A stretch of 64,000 nt of DNA from Octopus sinensis. Its lineage: Eukaryota. The DNA lies in NCBI RefSeq assembly GCF_006345805.1, contig NC_043004.1:24676001-24740000 (forward strand). Direction: 5' to 3'. This document shows positions 26,341-39,365 of this stretch, in pieces (positions within the stretch are counted from its first letter, which is position 1; each line of letters begins with the position of its first letter). A program made the translations under genes and the position numbers. The notes under the pieces are model-generated. The model saw only the letters and a program-made list of their open reading frames with translations. It did not search any database and was not told the origin of the DNA.

Positions 26341-26761
26341 ATCATCATCATCATCATCATCATTTAGCGTCCGTTTTCCATGCTAGCATGGGTTCGACGG
26401 TTCTACTGGGGTCTGTGAAGCCAGAAGGCTTCATCAGGCCCAGTCAAATCTGGCAGTGTTTCTACGGCTGGATGCCCTTCCTAACGCCAACCACTCCGTG
26501 AGTGTAGTGGGTGCTTTTTACGTGCCACCCGCACTGGTGCCAGACAGAGCTGGCAAACGGCCACGAACGGATGGTGCTTTTTATGTGCCACCGGCACGAG
26601 GGCCAGGCGAGGCTGGCAACGGACACGAAACGGGGCGGTGCTGGCAACGGTCGCGAAACGGAAAGTTCTCTTACATGCCACCGGCACTGGTAACACATCT
26701 GCAATTTCCATTGATCGATTTCGATTCTGATCCTCACTTGCCTCAATGGGTCTTCACAAGC
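26341..26761 (-). mobile_element. Retroposon with (ATG)n tail, present only in unit 1
   Basis: (CAT)n followed by TTTAGCGTCCGTTTTCCATGCTAGCATGGG..., with internal GGTGCTTTTTA..TGCCACC repeats. The empty site GTGCTCAATTGC is at ~45154-45165 in unit 2. Confidence 0.85.
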
Positions 26762-27006
26762 AATTGCTACTTATTTCATTGACCCTGAAAGAATGAAAGA
26801 CAGAATTTGAGAGCAGATTGTAAGAACAGTATTTTGCTCAGCATGCTAATGAGTCTTCCAGCTCACTGCCTATAATTAGAAGATAAACTGGAGTTTGCAA
26901 CCATATAACACTTCTTCCTCACTATGGTGTTGAAAATGTTTGAAAATCATTTTGATTTTATTAAACATGGCAATTTGTCCCTATTACTATTTTCAATTCT
27001 CAAAAG

Positions 27007-27115
27007 ACCCTTCAGCGAGACAGAGGAATGGATCCATGTAATCCAACTAACCATCTTCCAGCATGCCATAGGATTCCAGGATCTGAGTTGACAGGTCTTA
27101 CACAACTTGAGCAAG
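27007..27115 (+). other. Candidate downstream exon of the death-fold gene
   Basis: Acceptor TTTTCAATTCTCAAAAG and donor AAG|GTAAGG bound a 109-nt block with no repeat character. The duplicate is at 45405-45513. Confidence 0.35.
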
Positions 27116-27910
27116 GTAAGGTGTTGAGAAATACAGCTGGTTATTTTACTATTTTCTTCTTAATAACAAAAGTGGAAAGTATTTGAAACAATTGTAACAT
27201 CATCATTTAATGTCTGTTGTCCATAATGGCAGAGGCTGGATGGGTTGACCAGGGCTGGCTGGCTGGAAGGCTACACCAGACTCCAGTCTGATTTGGCATG
27301 GATTCTTATTTTGTTATTGTCAACAAGGAGTTAAACATAGAGGGGAGAAACAAGGACAGACAAAGGGGTTAAGTCGATTACATCAACCCCAGTTCATAAC
27401 TGGTACTTAATTTACAAACCTCGAAAGGATGAAAAGCAAAATCCACCTTGGTGGAATTTGAACTCAGAAATGTAACAGCAGACGAAATACTGCTAAGCAT
27501 CTTGCCCAGCGTGCTAACGTTTCTGCCAGCTCGCCCGCCTTTGTGATGATTTGGCATGGTTTCTACGACAGGATACCTTTCCTAATGCCAACCACTTTGA
27601 AAGTGGTCAAGTATCACCGGTAAGGGTACCATTTGCATGACACCAGTATCTGCTACAATTGCGATTTTACTTGGCTTGATGAGTCTTCTCAAGCACTACA
27701 TAATGCCAAAGATCTGTCATTCGTCATTGCCTCAGCGAGGCCTAACACTCGAAACGTGTTTTTTACATGCCAGTTATGTGCAAATAATATGAAAAAAATT
27801 GGTCTAAATACGTTTTAGTGAAGCCACACATAGTAATCATATTATGACTTAATGAAGGACTACAACTAAGATACAGTTTATCTGTATGTGCATTTATGCC
27901 TTATTAATTC

Positions 27911-28120
27911 ATTAATCCTTCAGTATACAGATTACTGTCAAACGTAATGCTTATTTATTCACATTGTATAAAATTAATCATGTAGCTTCAAGATTTCAAT
28001 GATGTGATTGTTAATTTTTAGAATAGCATTGTAGGATAGGTGTGAGAGGACAGACCTAGCCAGTTTGAACATAGAACAGGAAGACTATTTGGACCAGATA
28101 AAGCTGGTTTAAATGCTAGA
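27911..28120 (-). mobile_element. Degenerate piggyBac-type MITE (family of 56697-56916)
   Basis: Reverse-complement similarity to 56697-56916 along its length. Confidence 0.55.
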
Positions 28121-28267
28121 GAGTGGTGCTCTGAGCGCCCCACTAGCACGGGGCACAAGTTAAACATTAACAAATATTAAAAATAACAAAACGAGGATGT
28201 ACATATGAAATGTATAAACTTGATGCTCAGTAAAGGTGGAAAAAAAGAGTTTTTTTTTTTGCTTTGT

Positions 28268-29297
28268 GCATCATCATCATCATTGTTCGACCGTGGTCGA
28301 GACAATGGAATTTACTATGTTACACCAGACTTCATGGTCCATGATAGCATTACGGAGGTCCTGTTGCTGGATTCCTGTATCCCTGGAGATTACATCAGGG
28401 TAGGAGAGTGTGCGCCCTCTGGTATTGCGAGTAGATGGCTTCCAGAGGAGGAGAGTAGAAATTACTTCTTTTTCAGCTCTACAACAATGTCCAGCAAACT
28501 GGACTCTCCTACCTTTCACAAGAGATGACACAGGTGGTAATTTCCCATATATTTGCATTTTGGTTGGATGGCGCTTCCACGAGAGATTTTGAGCTCTCAT
28601 AAGGAGGCGAGTGTAGGTTCCATCCAACCACCTCAAGCTTCTTTGATAACGTCCAGGTTTCTGAGCCATATAGTAGAATTGGTTTGACTGTGGCTTTGAA
28701 TATTTCAAGTTTAAAGTCTCTACTTAGATTTGATGACCAGATCTTATGCATGTCATTACAGGCTGACCAGGCCATACCCTTTCTAGTTAGAAAGTCTTTT
28801 CCAGATGATGATATGTATGACCCAAGATATTTATAATCAGAAACCATATTTAAAGGCGCACTGTTGAGAGTGTGGATGATGCAATCACTGTTGGACAGGC
28901 ACTTGTTTATGTATTCAGTTTTGGCCTCATTGAGGTAAAGACCTACACAATTTGAGGCTTGTTCAAGAGATTGTAAAAGAGACTGGGCATTGGAGAGAGA
29001 ATCACTGATAAGAGCGATGTCGTCAGCAAAGTCAGTGTCTGTCAAGTACTCAGCTGGGTGTCTGGAACTTCTTGGTTTTATTTCAAAGCCCTTGCCAGAG
29101 ATGGTATCAACTGACATACGTAGCACATAATCAACAACAATGATGAAAAGAAATGGGGCGAGTGTGTCTCCCTGCAGTATTCCGGCTTTGATTGAGAAAG
29201 ATGATGTTTCTCCATCAGGGGTTAAGATGGTTGAAGACGTATCTGTGTAGAGGACCTTGATGGCAGAAATAATTTTGTCTGGTATCCCATAGAGCAA
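28268..29297 (-). mobile_element. 5'-truncated RTE-clade LINE (RT domain and C-terminus, (TGA)n tail)
   Basis: GILQGDTLAPFLF, DFADDIALI, YKYLGS and LLYGSETW motifs, one frameshift, and a TGATGATG tail right after the stop. The duplicate is at ~46682-47710. Confidence 0.9.
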
Positions 29298-29779
29298 CGC
29301 CCTCCATCATAAAAAGGAGAAAGGAAAAGTCCAGGAACAGTCTGTATTTGATTACATGGTTAAAGTGACCAGAAGTGGAGAGAGATAGAAAAGCTGTTTT
29401 TGGCAGGACAGGAGAGTGCGAAGATGGCCAGTGTGTGTGTGTGTTTGTTTATGTGTGTTATGTATGCATAAGGTAGTGTTGTTGAGCAGGTTACTGGCAG
29501 GGATTCAATTCATTGGTGAGAAGTGAGGTGAAGAGTGTTGCTGTGTGTATGTATGAGGGTGTGAGGATGTGTGTGCATTATAAAATAGACCGAATAGAGC
29601 TTTGCATTTGCTTTTCTGTGGGTATGTATAAATGTCTGGTTTATTTCTCTCAGTATGTTTTTCTGATGAGGAAAAGTCATTATATTTATCCAGAAATTGA
29701 TCAATCCAAGGCTATCTAATTCATTTTATGAATTTCTGTCAGCCTACTCCCTCACTTTCAATGTGTGTATTATAATACT

Positions 29780-32454
29780 TATGCGTACACTATAAGCGTG
29801 AAGACACTGAGAAAGGTGGCGAAGATGATTTTCACGGGTGTCGCTTGCAATGAGTATATCATCGACATAGGCAAACACAAAATCAAGACCGCGGACAACC
29901 TCATCAACGAAGAGCTGGAAAGTGCTGGTAGCATTCCGCAAACCAAAACTCGTATATAAAAACTCAAAAGACCCAAAAGTAATTGCAGTTTTCGGAACAT
30001 CGGCTGGGTTGACCGGTATTTGGTGATAAGTGCGTATAAGATCGACTTTTGAAAAAGTGGTACAACCATGAAGATTTGCTGAAAAGTCCTGAAGAATTCT
30101 TATTGGGTAGCGATCGGCTATCATTACCGCATTGAGGCGTCAATAATCTCCTACTGGGCGAAAATCAGACTCCCCTGTTCGCGCCAAGTGAAGGGGAGAC
30201 GCCCATTGGCTGGTGGAGGGGCATATTAGGCCAAGTTGGAGCATGTGCTCAAACTCGGCCCTAGCCGTTTTTAGACGGTCAAGCACAAGGTGCCGTGGGC
30301 ACGAAAAAACAGGCAGCCCAGTGGTGGTGAAAAAATGAAGGGTCGAGTGGGTAGGCTTTGCCGGCTGAAAGGTAATGTCCACTAGCTCCGGAAATGAAGC
30401 CAAAAGAGAATGAAAGGCGTCTCCAGAGGTGGCAACAAAAAATGTTGGGCTAAGAACCGCATTGGTGGAACTCCTGGTCAGCGTGGAGAGCGACGTAGTA
30501 CTGTCAAGAAGCCTCCGACGCCTGACATCTACCAATAGATTAAACCGATCCAAGAAATCAGCACCGAGAATAGGATGCGGGATGTCAGCGATGATGAAAA
30601 CCCATTGAAAATCTCGACGAAGATTAATGTCGAGGCATAGTGAAATCTGACCAATATAGGAGACAAATCAATGGCATGCAAAACAATTGAGGAACGCTAG
30701 GGCTTGTCTGCAGTCAGATGAAGAGGCCAAATGCTACAAGAACCAGTGTCTACCATGAAGAATTTCTTCGACACCAGATCTTTGACGAAGAATGCACGAT
30801 TTGTAGAAAGAGAAAAGGAAGAAGGTGGCGTGCTCAACTTCTCCGGATTTAGTTTAACAAGAGTTTGAAATTGCACAGCTGGATACACTTGTTTGCCTTT
30901 TCGGCAAACTTTAAGTTGTACCAGCACAAGCCAGAACGCTGCCCAGAGGAACAAGAAACAGAGCCACTCTGACTACGACTGTGTGAACGACGCCTATTCC
31001 CACGGCACGGATCATCCATGCATCGTGTAAGCGCAGTTATTTTATCTACTAAAGAATTATGTGTCAGAGAAGAAGCTGTCAGAGGGGTCTCGGTACACGC
31101 GCACAAGCTACATGATGAAGGTGGACCAGAAAATTCCAAGATTTTGTCGGCCATCATGTCAATTTGGTCAACAGTGTTAGACTCCAGGGCTGTGGCCAAA
31201 ATTGTCTGCACGTTGGCAGGCAACCTGGAGAAAAATATCTTGCGCAGCAGAGGCGCGTCTGCTGAGTTCCCACTTAATTCCCTTAAACGGCACAGGAATT
31301 GTGAGGGTGTTCTCTCCCCCAACTGTTCATCAGACATGAGCTCATTGAACTTGCTCTCCTCCGACCATGTGTTATGTCGGAGAATTACTGCTTAGACTGA
31401 CGCATAGGTGGCATCTGGGTTGGAACTCATTATGAGATCCCAGGCCGATGTGGCAAGTTGAGGAGGCAAGCTACAGTAGAAGAGATGTAACTGCTGATTG
31501 AGAGAGACGGCATGGGCGGTAAAGTGGGACTCAACTTGGGCAAACCAAAGGCCCGCATCTCCCGTGAATAAAGGCAAACCCGGTCCAGACATGTTTGTTC
31601 GAAACGCCTGTCACAGAGCAAAGGGAAACAAGTAGAAGCAAAACAACGAGAAACGGAGAAAACTAGTGAACTGACAAAAAGCTATGTTTGTGGACTGGTG
31701 TGTGTGTACAAAAAAACAGAAAGGCAAAAAAAAATTTTTTTTTTTTTTGTAAGAACAATTTTTTCAATAATGTACTGAGTGTAGTGGAGAAAACTTTTTT
31801 TTTTTGTACGCACTTTCTGCCATCCTGAAAGAGAAAAAAAAAAGAGAGTGAGAGAAAGAAATTAAAAAAAAAAGAAAACACAAGTTGTCAACGCACGTGT
31901 GTGCTAATGTATATAAGTTTGTGTTCTGTTTCTGTGCCTTTTCTTCATTTTATCGGCGTGGACACCATGTGCCGGCTAGCATGTTCGTATCACGTCGGGG
32001 TCACCAGTTGTAACAAGATGACAGTTTCAGGAACACTTGAGGGGAGTCTGATCTTGTCACATACAAGTCAAAAAGGAACTAAAAATCCAGCTGTCTTCAA
32101 TAACAATAAATAACACTTTATTCTTCGGGTTCACAGGTAAAATATATACATATATATTTCTTAAAGGCGAACCGGCAGCCAAGTCCACAGGACTGTTTAC
32201 ATATGTTCATTCGGGTGAGCCAAGAAGATACAGTCTCCATTCCCGCTTCGAAGAGAGAGCTTCTCTATGCGTAGGGTTTTCCCTGAGAGAAGTTTTAGCC
32301 ACGTCCATTCGTTAGGGCTGCTCTTCCAAAAAGGAAGATTTAGTGAAGACACTTTCTATTTGCAGTTCATGCGCATAAGGGAACTTTCAGCGCCTACTGA
32401 AAGTAATCCAACTCTGCACATGGGCGCTGAAACTTCCACAATAGCGTCACTACA
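29780..32454 (-). mobile_element. 3'-truncated Ty3/Gypsy LTR retrotransposon (5' LTR, tRNA-Trp PBS, gag, protease, partial RT)
   Basis: LTR 32009-32454 is bounded by TGTAG...TTACA on the minus strand. PBS TGGTGACCCCGACGTGAT is at 31989-32006. Gag shows WFAQVESHF and LGERTPSQFL, protease VDTGS, and [25 protein letters not shown]. Frameshifts and stops are present. Confidence 0.92.
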
Positions 32455-32872
32455 AGTGATTTAAAGCAGTTTGACAATTTAGTGTTTATTTTCAGCATAT
32501 AGGCATATATACCTTCTGCACCCTTAATTATAATTGTATTTTATACTATTGTAAACCTCTGAAGAGAGTAATGCAAGGCCCTCTCTTCCGAAATTCACTT
32601 GTCCATGATGAAAAATATTCAACCAGTATCAGTATGTTGGTGATGCTGTGCATGGGTATGTGTGTATATATACATGTGAGAATGTATGTGTATGAGTTTG
32701 TATGTCTACACAGGCATGTGTGTATGTGTGAAGGATTTGTGCATGCAGTGGATGTGTATGTATTATATGGGGTGTGCAAGTGATGTATGTAGGTGTTGAA
32801 GATGAATAAAATGTTTTTAATTTGAAAAGAAACTTAAAAAAAGAACTTTAAAATTTTTTTAAAAGCATGCAT

Positions 32873-33014
<142 letters not shown>

Positions 33015-33028
33015 GAGACGTTAGATTT

Positions 33029-35040
33029 CTAATCCATGTGAACACGTTTATGGTTCAATAAGTTACCTTTCTGAGAGAAATTTTTACCACATGTATCACA
33101 ACGGTATGGCTTTTCTCCAGTATGAATATGTTTATGGGTCACTAAGTTACTCTTTTGAGAGAAAGTCCTACCACAGATATCACATTGGTGAGGTTTCTCA
33201 CCTGTGTGAACACGTTTGTGTTTCAACAAATTACTATTTTTCAGAAATGCTTTACCACAAATATCACAATGGAATGGTTTCTTTCCTGTGTGATTAAGTC
33301 TATGCAAGGAAAATGAATTACTACCACAAAATGTTTTATCACAAATATCACAATGATATTGCTTTCCTTCTGTGTGAATATGTTTGTGTTTGGATACAGA
33401 ATCCTTATCTGAAAAAGTTCTGCCACAGATATCACAATGGTATGGTTTTTCTCCTGTATGAATGCGTCTATGTTTCAATAAAGTACAACTTCGAGCAAAT
33501 TTCATGCCGCATATCTCACATTCATATGGTTTCTCTCCTGTATGAATACGTTTGTGTTGAGTTAAATGACCATTTGTGGCAAAAGCTTTACCACACAGAC
33601 CACACTGGTATGGTTTTTCACCAGTATGAGTACGTTTATGCCTCAATAAATGACTATTTCGAAAGAATGCGTTACCGCAAATATCACAATGGTACTGCTT
33701 TGTTCCAGTATGAATACGTTTGTGATTATACAAATACTGACTTGTAGAGAACTTTTTACCACATATATCACAATGGTAACGTTTTTCTCCTGTATGAATA
33801 AGTTTATGGCATCGAAAATAACTCTTATTGGAGAACACTTTACCACAGATATCACAGTGATATGGTTTTTCTCCTGTGTGAATATGTTTGTGGTTAGATA
33901 AACAATCATTAGTAGAGAAATTTTTACCACATATGACACAATGGTATGGTTTTTCTCCTGTATGAACACGCCTATGATTCATTAAATTATTATTTACAGA
34001 GAATGCTTTGCCACAGATATCACAATGATATGGTTTCTCCCCTGTGTGAATACGTGCATGGTTCAACAAATTACTATTTTTAGAAAAAGCTTTGCCACAA
34101 ATATCACAGTGAAATGGTCTCTCTCCTGTGTGTTTAAGCTTATGTAACGATAAAGAACTATAATCGGAGAATTTTTTATCACAGATATCACAATGATATG
34201 GTTTCTCTCCTGTGTGAATACGTTTGTGCGTGGATAAACCACTACTAACTGTAAATGTTTTACCGCAGATATCACATTGGTATGGTTTCTCTCCTGTGTG
34301 AATACGTTTATGTGTAGATAAAGAATGGTTAATAGAAAAAGCTTTACCACATATTTCACAACGGTATGGTTTCTGGTCCAAGTGAATTTGTTTGTGTGTA
34401 AATAAAGAACTATTTGCAGGGAATGTTTTGCCACAAATGCCACAACAATATGGCTTCTCTCCTGTGTGAGTGCGTTTGTGCCTTGATAAAGAACTATTAA
34501 CAGAGAAAGTTTGACCACAGATATTACAACGGTATGGTTTCTCTCCTGTGTGACTACGTCTATGGATCAATAAATTTCCATTTTGAAGAAATTCTTTACC
34601 ACAAATATCACAGCAATATGGTTTTTCTCCTGTATGAGTACGTTTGTGTTTAGACAAACTGCTATTTACAGATAAAGTTTTACCACAAATATCACACTGG
34701 TTTTGTCTCAAATTCAAGTGAATACGTTTGTGTTTAGTTAAATGATGTTTTAGAGTGAACACTTTATCACACATATCACAGTGATATGGCTTCTCACTTG
34801 TATGATTATGTTTGTGTTCAGATGAATTTTTATTTGTAGAGAACTTTTTACTGCAGATTTCATGCTCGTACACTTCTGAATCTGTGTGAATAGATTTATG
34901 TTGAATTAAATATTTTTTTAACTTAAAAGACTTCCCACAAGTTTCACACTCATGTGATATCTTTTTGTTTGATAGGAGACATCTTTCTTACCATATTGTC
35001 TTTCATTAGGAATTGGACTCTTAGCAAGTTTCTTCCTCAT
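33029..35040 (-). CDS. C2H2 zinc-finger array protein (~670 aa, 22 canonical + 1 degenerate fingers), copy 1
   Basis: Tandem CxxC...HxxxH fingers with TGEKPY linkers. The ATG at 35040 is taken from copy 2. Copy 1 has T5 instead of T6 at ~34962, a frameshift or sequencing error that shortens the ORF call to 614 aa. Splice acceptor TTTCAG|GA lies at 35393/35392 upstream of the ATG. Confidence 0.9.
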
Positions 35041-36130
35041 AATATAAAATTTTTGTTCGCAAAATAGAAAAGCTATAATTCTTCTTGAATTTTCATAGAA
35101 ATATTTCTTTAAATATTATCAACAAAGTGCATGTTTTCTTCAGTTGTAAATTTTGTGAGATTCCAAAGAGGTCTTAGTTGTAAGCGATTGTTTTTTTTCT
35201 TCAACTTAATCTTGACACTATCACAGAAATAATTTGGAAGTTATACAGGTGCAATCAATATTGGAAATTACTCAATTCACAAGAAATATTTCAGTGATAG
35301 AACTTAAGTTATTCAAACAAGCAAGATCCCTTATATCCTTGTTAATGTTAATCTTTAGTTTTCAATATGCCATCTCAATAACATCAGATATCCTGAAATA
35401 TATAAAAAGAGTATAGTCAAATATAATAATAGATAAAATTGTTAAAAATATTATTAGTGACCAGCATATAAAATAGACCTATTAAGGTGAATTCATATAT
35501 AGAGATTTATTATAGTACAAAATACAGAGGGGACTGTGCCTATATACTGAAAGCAAGGGAGTAGGCTGGCAGGAATTCATAAAATAATTCAGATAGCTTG
35601 GATTGATCCATTTCTGGATTAGTCTAATGATTTTTTCCTCATCAGCAAAGTATACTGAGGGAAGTAAGTGAGACATTTATACATACCCACAGAAAAGCAA
35701 ACACAAAGCTGCGATTACATACAATACCATGTATGCATTTGGTCAGAGTAGTACAGAAGTGACTAAACTGTCTTGAAGTGCATGGAAAATATTCAAATAT
35801 AATAATAAAGGATAAAATCATTAAAACTTTTATCAGTGGCTAGCATATAAAATAGACCCAACAGAGCTTTGCATTTGCTTTTCTGTGGGTATGTATGTCT
35901 GATTTATTTCTCTCAGTATGTTTTTCTGATGAGGAAAAGTCATTATATTTATCCAGAAATTGATCAATCCAAGGCTATCTGAATCGTTTTATGAATTTCT
36001 GTCAGCCTACTCCCTCACTTTCAATGTGTGTATTATAACAGTGATTTAAAGCAGTTCGACAATTTAGTGTTTATTTTCAGCATATAGGCTTATATACCTT
36101 CTGTGCCCTTAATTATAATTGTATTTTATA

Positions 36131-37253
36131 CTATTGTAAACCTCTGAAGAGAGTAATGCAAGGCCCTCTCTTCCGAAATTCACTTGTCCATGATGAAAAA
36201 TACTCCACCAGTACTGTTCTGACCTTGTCTACAGAATTCATATTTTTCCCGTCCAAATAATTTTGAAGACTGCAGAATAAATGATTATCAGATGGGGAAA
36301 TGTCCTGTGAATATGGTGGCTGGAGCATCATTTCCCATTCAAACTGCTCCAGCCTTTGGAATGTCTTCCTCACTGCATGTGACTGAGGATTATCCTGATG
36401 GAAGAACACCATCTTGAAAGCAAAGATGGTAGCTTTTCTTCAAACCACTTAAGCTGTTTGTTGTAGATCTCCTTTGTTATCATTTGGTTTGGGTTTAAAA
36501 GTTCAAAGTGGACTAAACCTTTCATATCCGATCAAATAGATAACATCACGTTACGTGGATGAAGACCTTCTTTAATCTGGAGTGCTTATGTTTCTCCTTT
36601 CCCTACCCACTTGACATTTTTATAGAGAACCCATTTCTTGTCACCAGTCACTATTCAGACCAAACAAGGTCCATTCGTAAGATGTGACAGCAAAGAAGAG
36701 CGCACATTCACTCTCTGCTCGTGATCAGCCTCGAAAAGTTTGTGAGGAACCCATTGACCCAATTTGCTGACTTTTCTGATGGTACACAGGTGTTGATGAA
36801 TGGTTGAATGACCAAATCCAAGCTTCTCTGCTAGTTCCTCAACAGTTACGATGAGATTTTGCTCCACTAGGGTTTGCAGGACATCCTTGTTGAGCTCTAC
36901 AGATCTTCTAGGACAAGGCCAATCTTCTAGGCTGTAGTTTCCGGCTTGGAATTTCTGGTACTTCCGTTGTCACTGGCTTATGCTTATTGTTCAATCCCCA
37001 TATACTGCATTAATATTCCTCACACATAAAGCAAAATATGCCGAATAATTTTCTTTGTCACTTCTATTATAGCTTTGAAAAAATAGCTGCTAAAATCGAA
37101 CTGCTCTCTTCAAAACTTGCACTAAGAATTAGTACAAGGTAAAATTACTATCTGTTTTTATAGTAAGTTGATGCAGGTAATTTATCCTGTCCTCCTCCAA
37201 CTTTTCGTTTACGCAACTGAAGAAAACTGAATTATATATGAGATGACCCAATA
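36131..37253 (-). mobile_element. Degenerate mariner transposon
   Basis: WVPH, VTGDKKWVLY, HQDN and PPYSQDISPSDNHLF motifs of mariner transposase, plus a TIR-like TATTGGGTCATCTCATATATAA at ~37232-37253. The duplicate is at ~54138-55289. Confidence 0.88.
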
Positions 37254-37580
37254 TATGACAAACAGTTTAAAGAACAATGAATCTGTGTAGGGACAACAAG
37301 TCGAGTGCAGGAGTTATTTGAAGATCACGTTAATTGTAATCTAATAAGGCCATGTTAAAGAAAATTTCTATATATTCAATACAGAAAATTGTAATCATAT
37401 TAATGAACTATAAACGAAGACAGGTGTTTTAATATTCTTAAATGACTACTTGACTATAATAATATGTACACCAACAACTTTACAGAGTATACTGGATGCA
37501 TTTTTGCAGTATTAGTCTGTGTATTTTTGTACGATAAAAGTTGACAGTGACTTCTAAGTTTCAGCTTACTGCCAGTTACG

Positions 37581-37843
<263 letters not shown>

Positions 37844-38756
37844 GGGACCACGACAATAGACAAGTACCACAGTGAGTTTAGAAGCAATGAGGAACGGGAA
37901 ATTAAAGTTTCAGGAAAATAATTCGAGACTAAATCTTGAGACGATCGGCGGAAGTGAAGAAGAAAACAGGAAGTAAAAAAAGCGGAAGCGAAAGAGAGAG
38001 AAAAACAGAAAGTAAGACTACTAAGTTTTTTTCCGTAAGACGGATTGAAAAGTCGAATATAATTGACATCGTTGGTGGAATTCTGGATTAAGCACCCCGT
38101 ATAGGTACTACTTGAAAACAGTGGCCCCGGTGCGCGCATCCGCGCATCCACGCCAGCTAGTCGATCCTTACTTTGTGATTTGTGTTATTTACTTTGTTTT
38201 TACAAAAATTATTGGCAATCTTTCGTTTGTAGTAGCACGTTTCCGTCGATCGCCAAATTGATAAAAGTTTTTTACGGAAATCATCGACGGAAACGTGCTA
38301 CTACAAACGAAAGATCGCCTTGTGTCGTAACTTCGGTATAGGTACCGGATACATTTCAAGAAAGTGTTTTTTTTTTTTAATATATATATATGGGAGGTTA
38401 GGGTTAGGGCTAACCCTAACCTAGAGAAAAGGGTTTCTGTTATCTTCGGAAATGTAAAGAAAGCCACTTCCGGTACGAAACATCCGGTGATAATGTTGTC
38501 ATCACACAGAAATATTTTTCTAAAAGTTTTTTGCAACAAGTGAACAACAACTGGTCAGAAGACGACCGACATTCATAATTTAAATATAAAACCTTTCTTT
38601 CATGCGTTCAAATACATCCGAATCAATACTTGAAACCAGAAAAAAAGTTTTAATGATTTCTATAATCTAAGTTTTCATTAATTCAAGAGGTAAGAGAACG
38701 AAAATCAACTTTCTAACTTCCTGCTTTTTCGCTGTTTTATTACATGCACATATACA

Positions 38757-39365
38757 ATGCGGTCACCAAGAAATATAATACAAAATAATTTATGTTTTCT
38801 CAGACAAAACATATCCGAACCTGACGTAAAATCAATTCATGACAAGTTTCCTCAATTAAAAGAAACAGACGTTAATTTTCCAAATATTATGCGTTTTTTT
38901 ATGGAGAAAAATGACGCGGATAGTTTTGATGAGCTTTTAGGATTTTTAGAAAAGGAATGCCTCAAAAAACATGTGGTACTGGCTTTGAAAAAAGATAGAA
39001 ACGAATCAGAAGACACAGAGGCAGAGGACCACACTCAGATACAAATAAATATAAAGGGGCTGGATGTGAATTTACTCGGACGTATTCTACTGCGAGTTCT
39101 TGACGGATGGTTGCCAGTCGCTAAAGAGCTAGGAGTTACTGATGAAATTAAAAAGTCCCGACGTGATTATTCCGATGATGAGTTGTGCAAGATAAACGTT
39201 TTTAACTGGTGGAGAATAAGAAAAGGATTCGATAAAAATGGGGTTAAAGATTTGCTGAAGGCCCTTAGAAAATACCCTGAATGTATTGTTGACTGGAGAA
39301 GTATGAGAGAGTTAATTAATTCAGTAAATGTAATTCAAAACTCAACAGAAACGGAAACTAAATAA
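38757..39365 (+). CDS. Death-fold adaptor-like protein (CARD-like + death domain), copy 2
   Basis: 202-aa paralog of 19925-20515 with 19 amino-acid substitutions, a one-codon deletion and a 17-bp indel at the 3' end. Confidence 0.75.
   Translation: MRSPRNIIQNNLCFLRQNISEPDVKSIHDKFPQLKETDVNFPNIMRFFMEKNDADSFDELLGFLEKECLKKHVVLALKKDRNESEDTEAEDHTQIQINIKGLDVNLLGRILLRVLDGWLPVAKELGVTDEIKKSRRDYSDDELCKINVFNWWRIRKGFDKNGVKDLLKALRKYPECIVDWRSMRELINSVNVIQNSTETETK

Noticed and set aside
33091-34518. Antisense and alternative-frame ORFs over the ZNF gene
   Set aside because: Shadow ORFs produced by the 84-nt finger periodicity.
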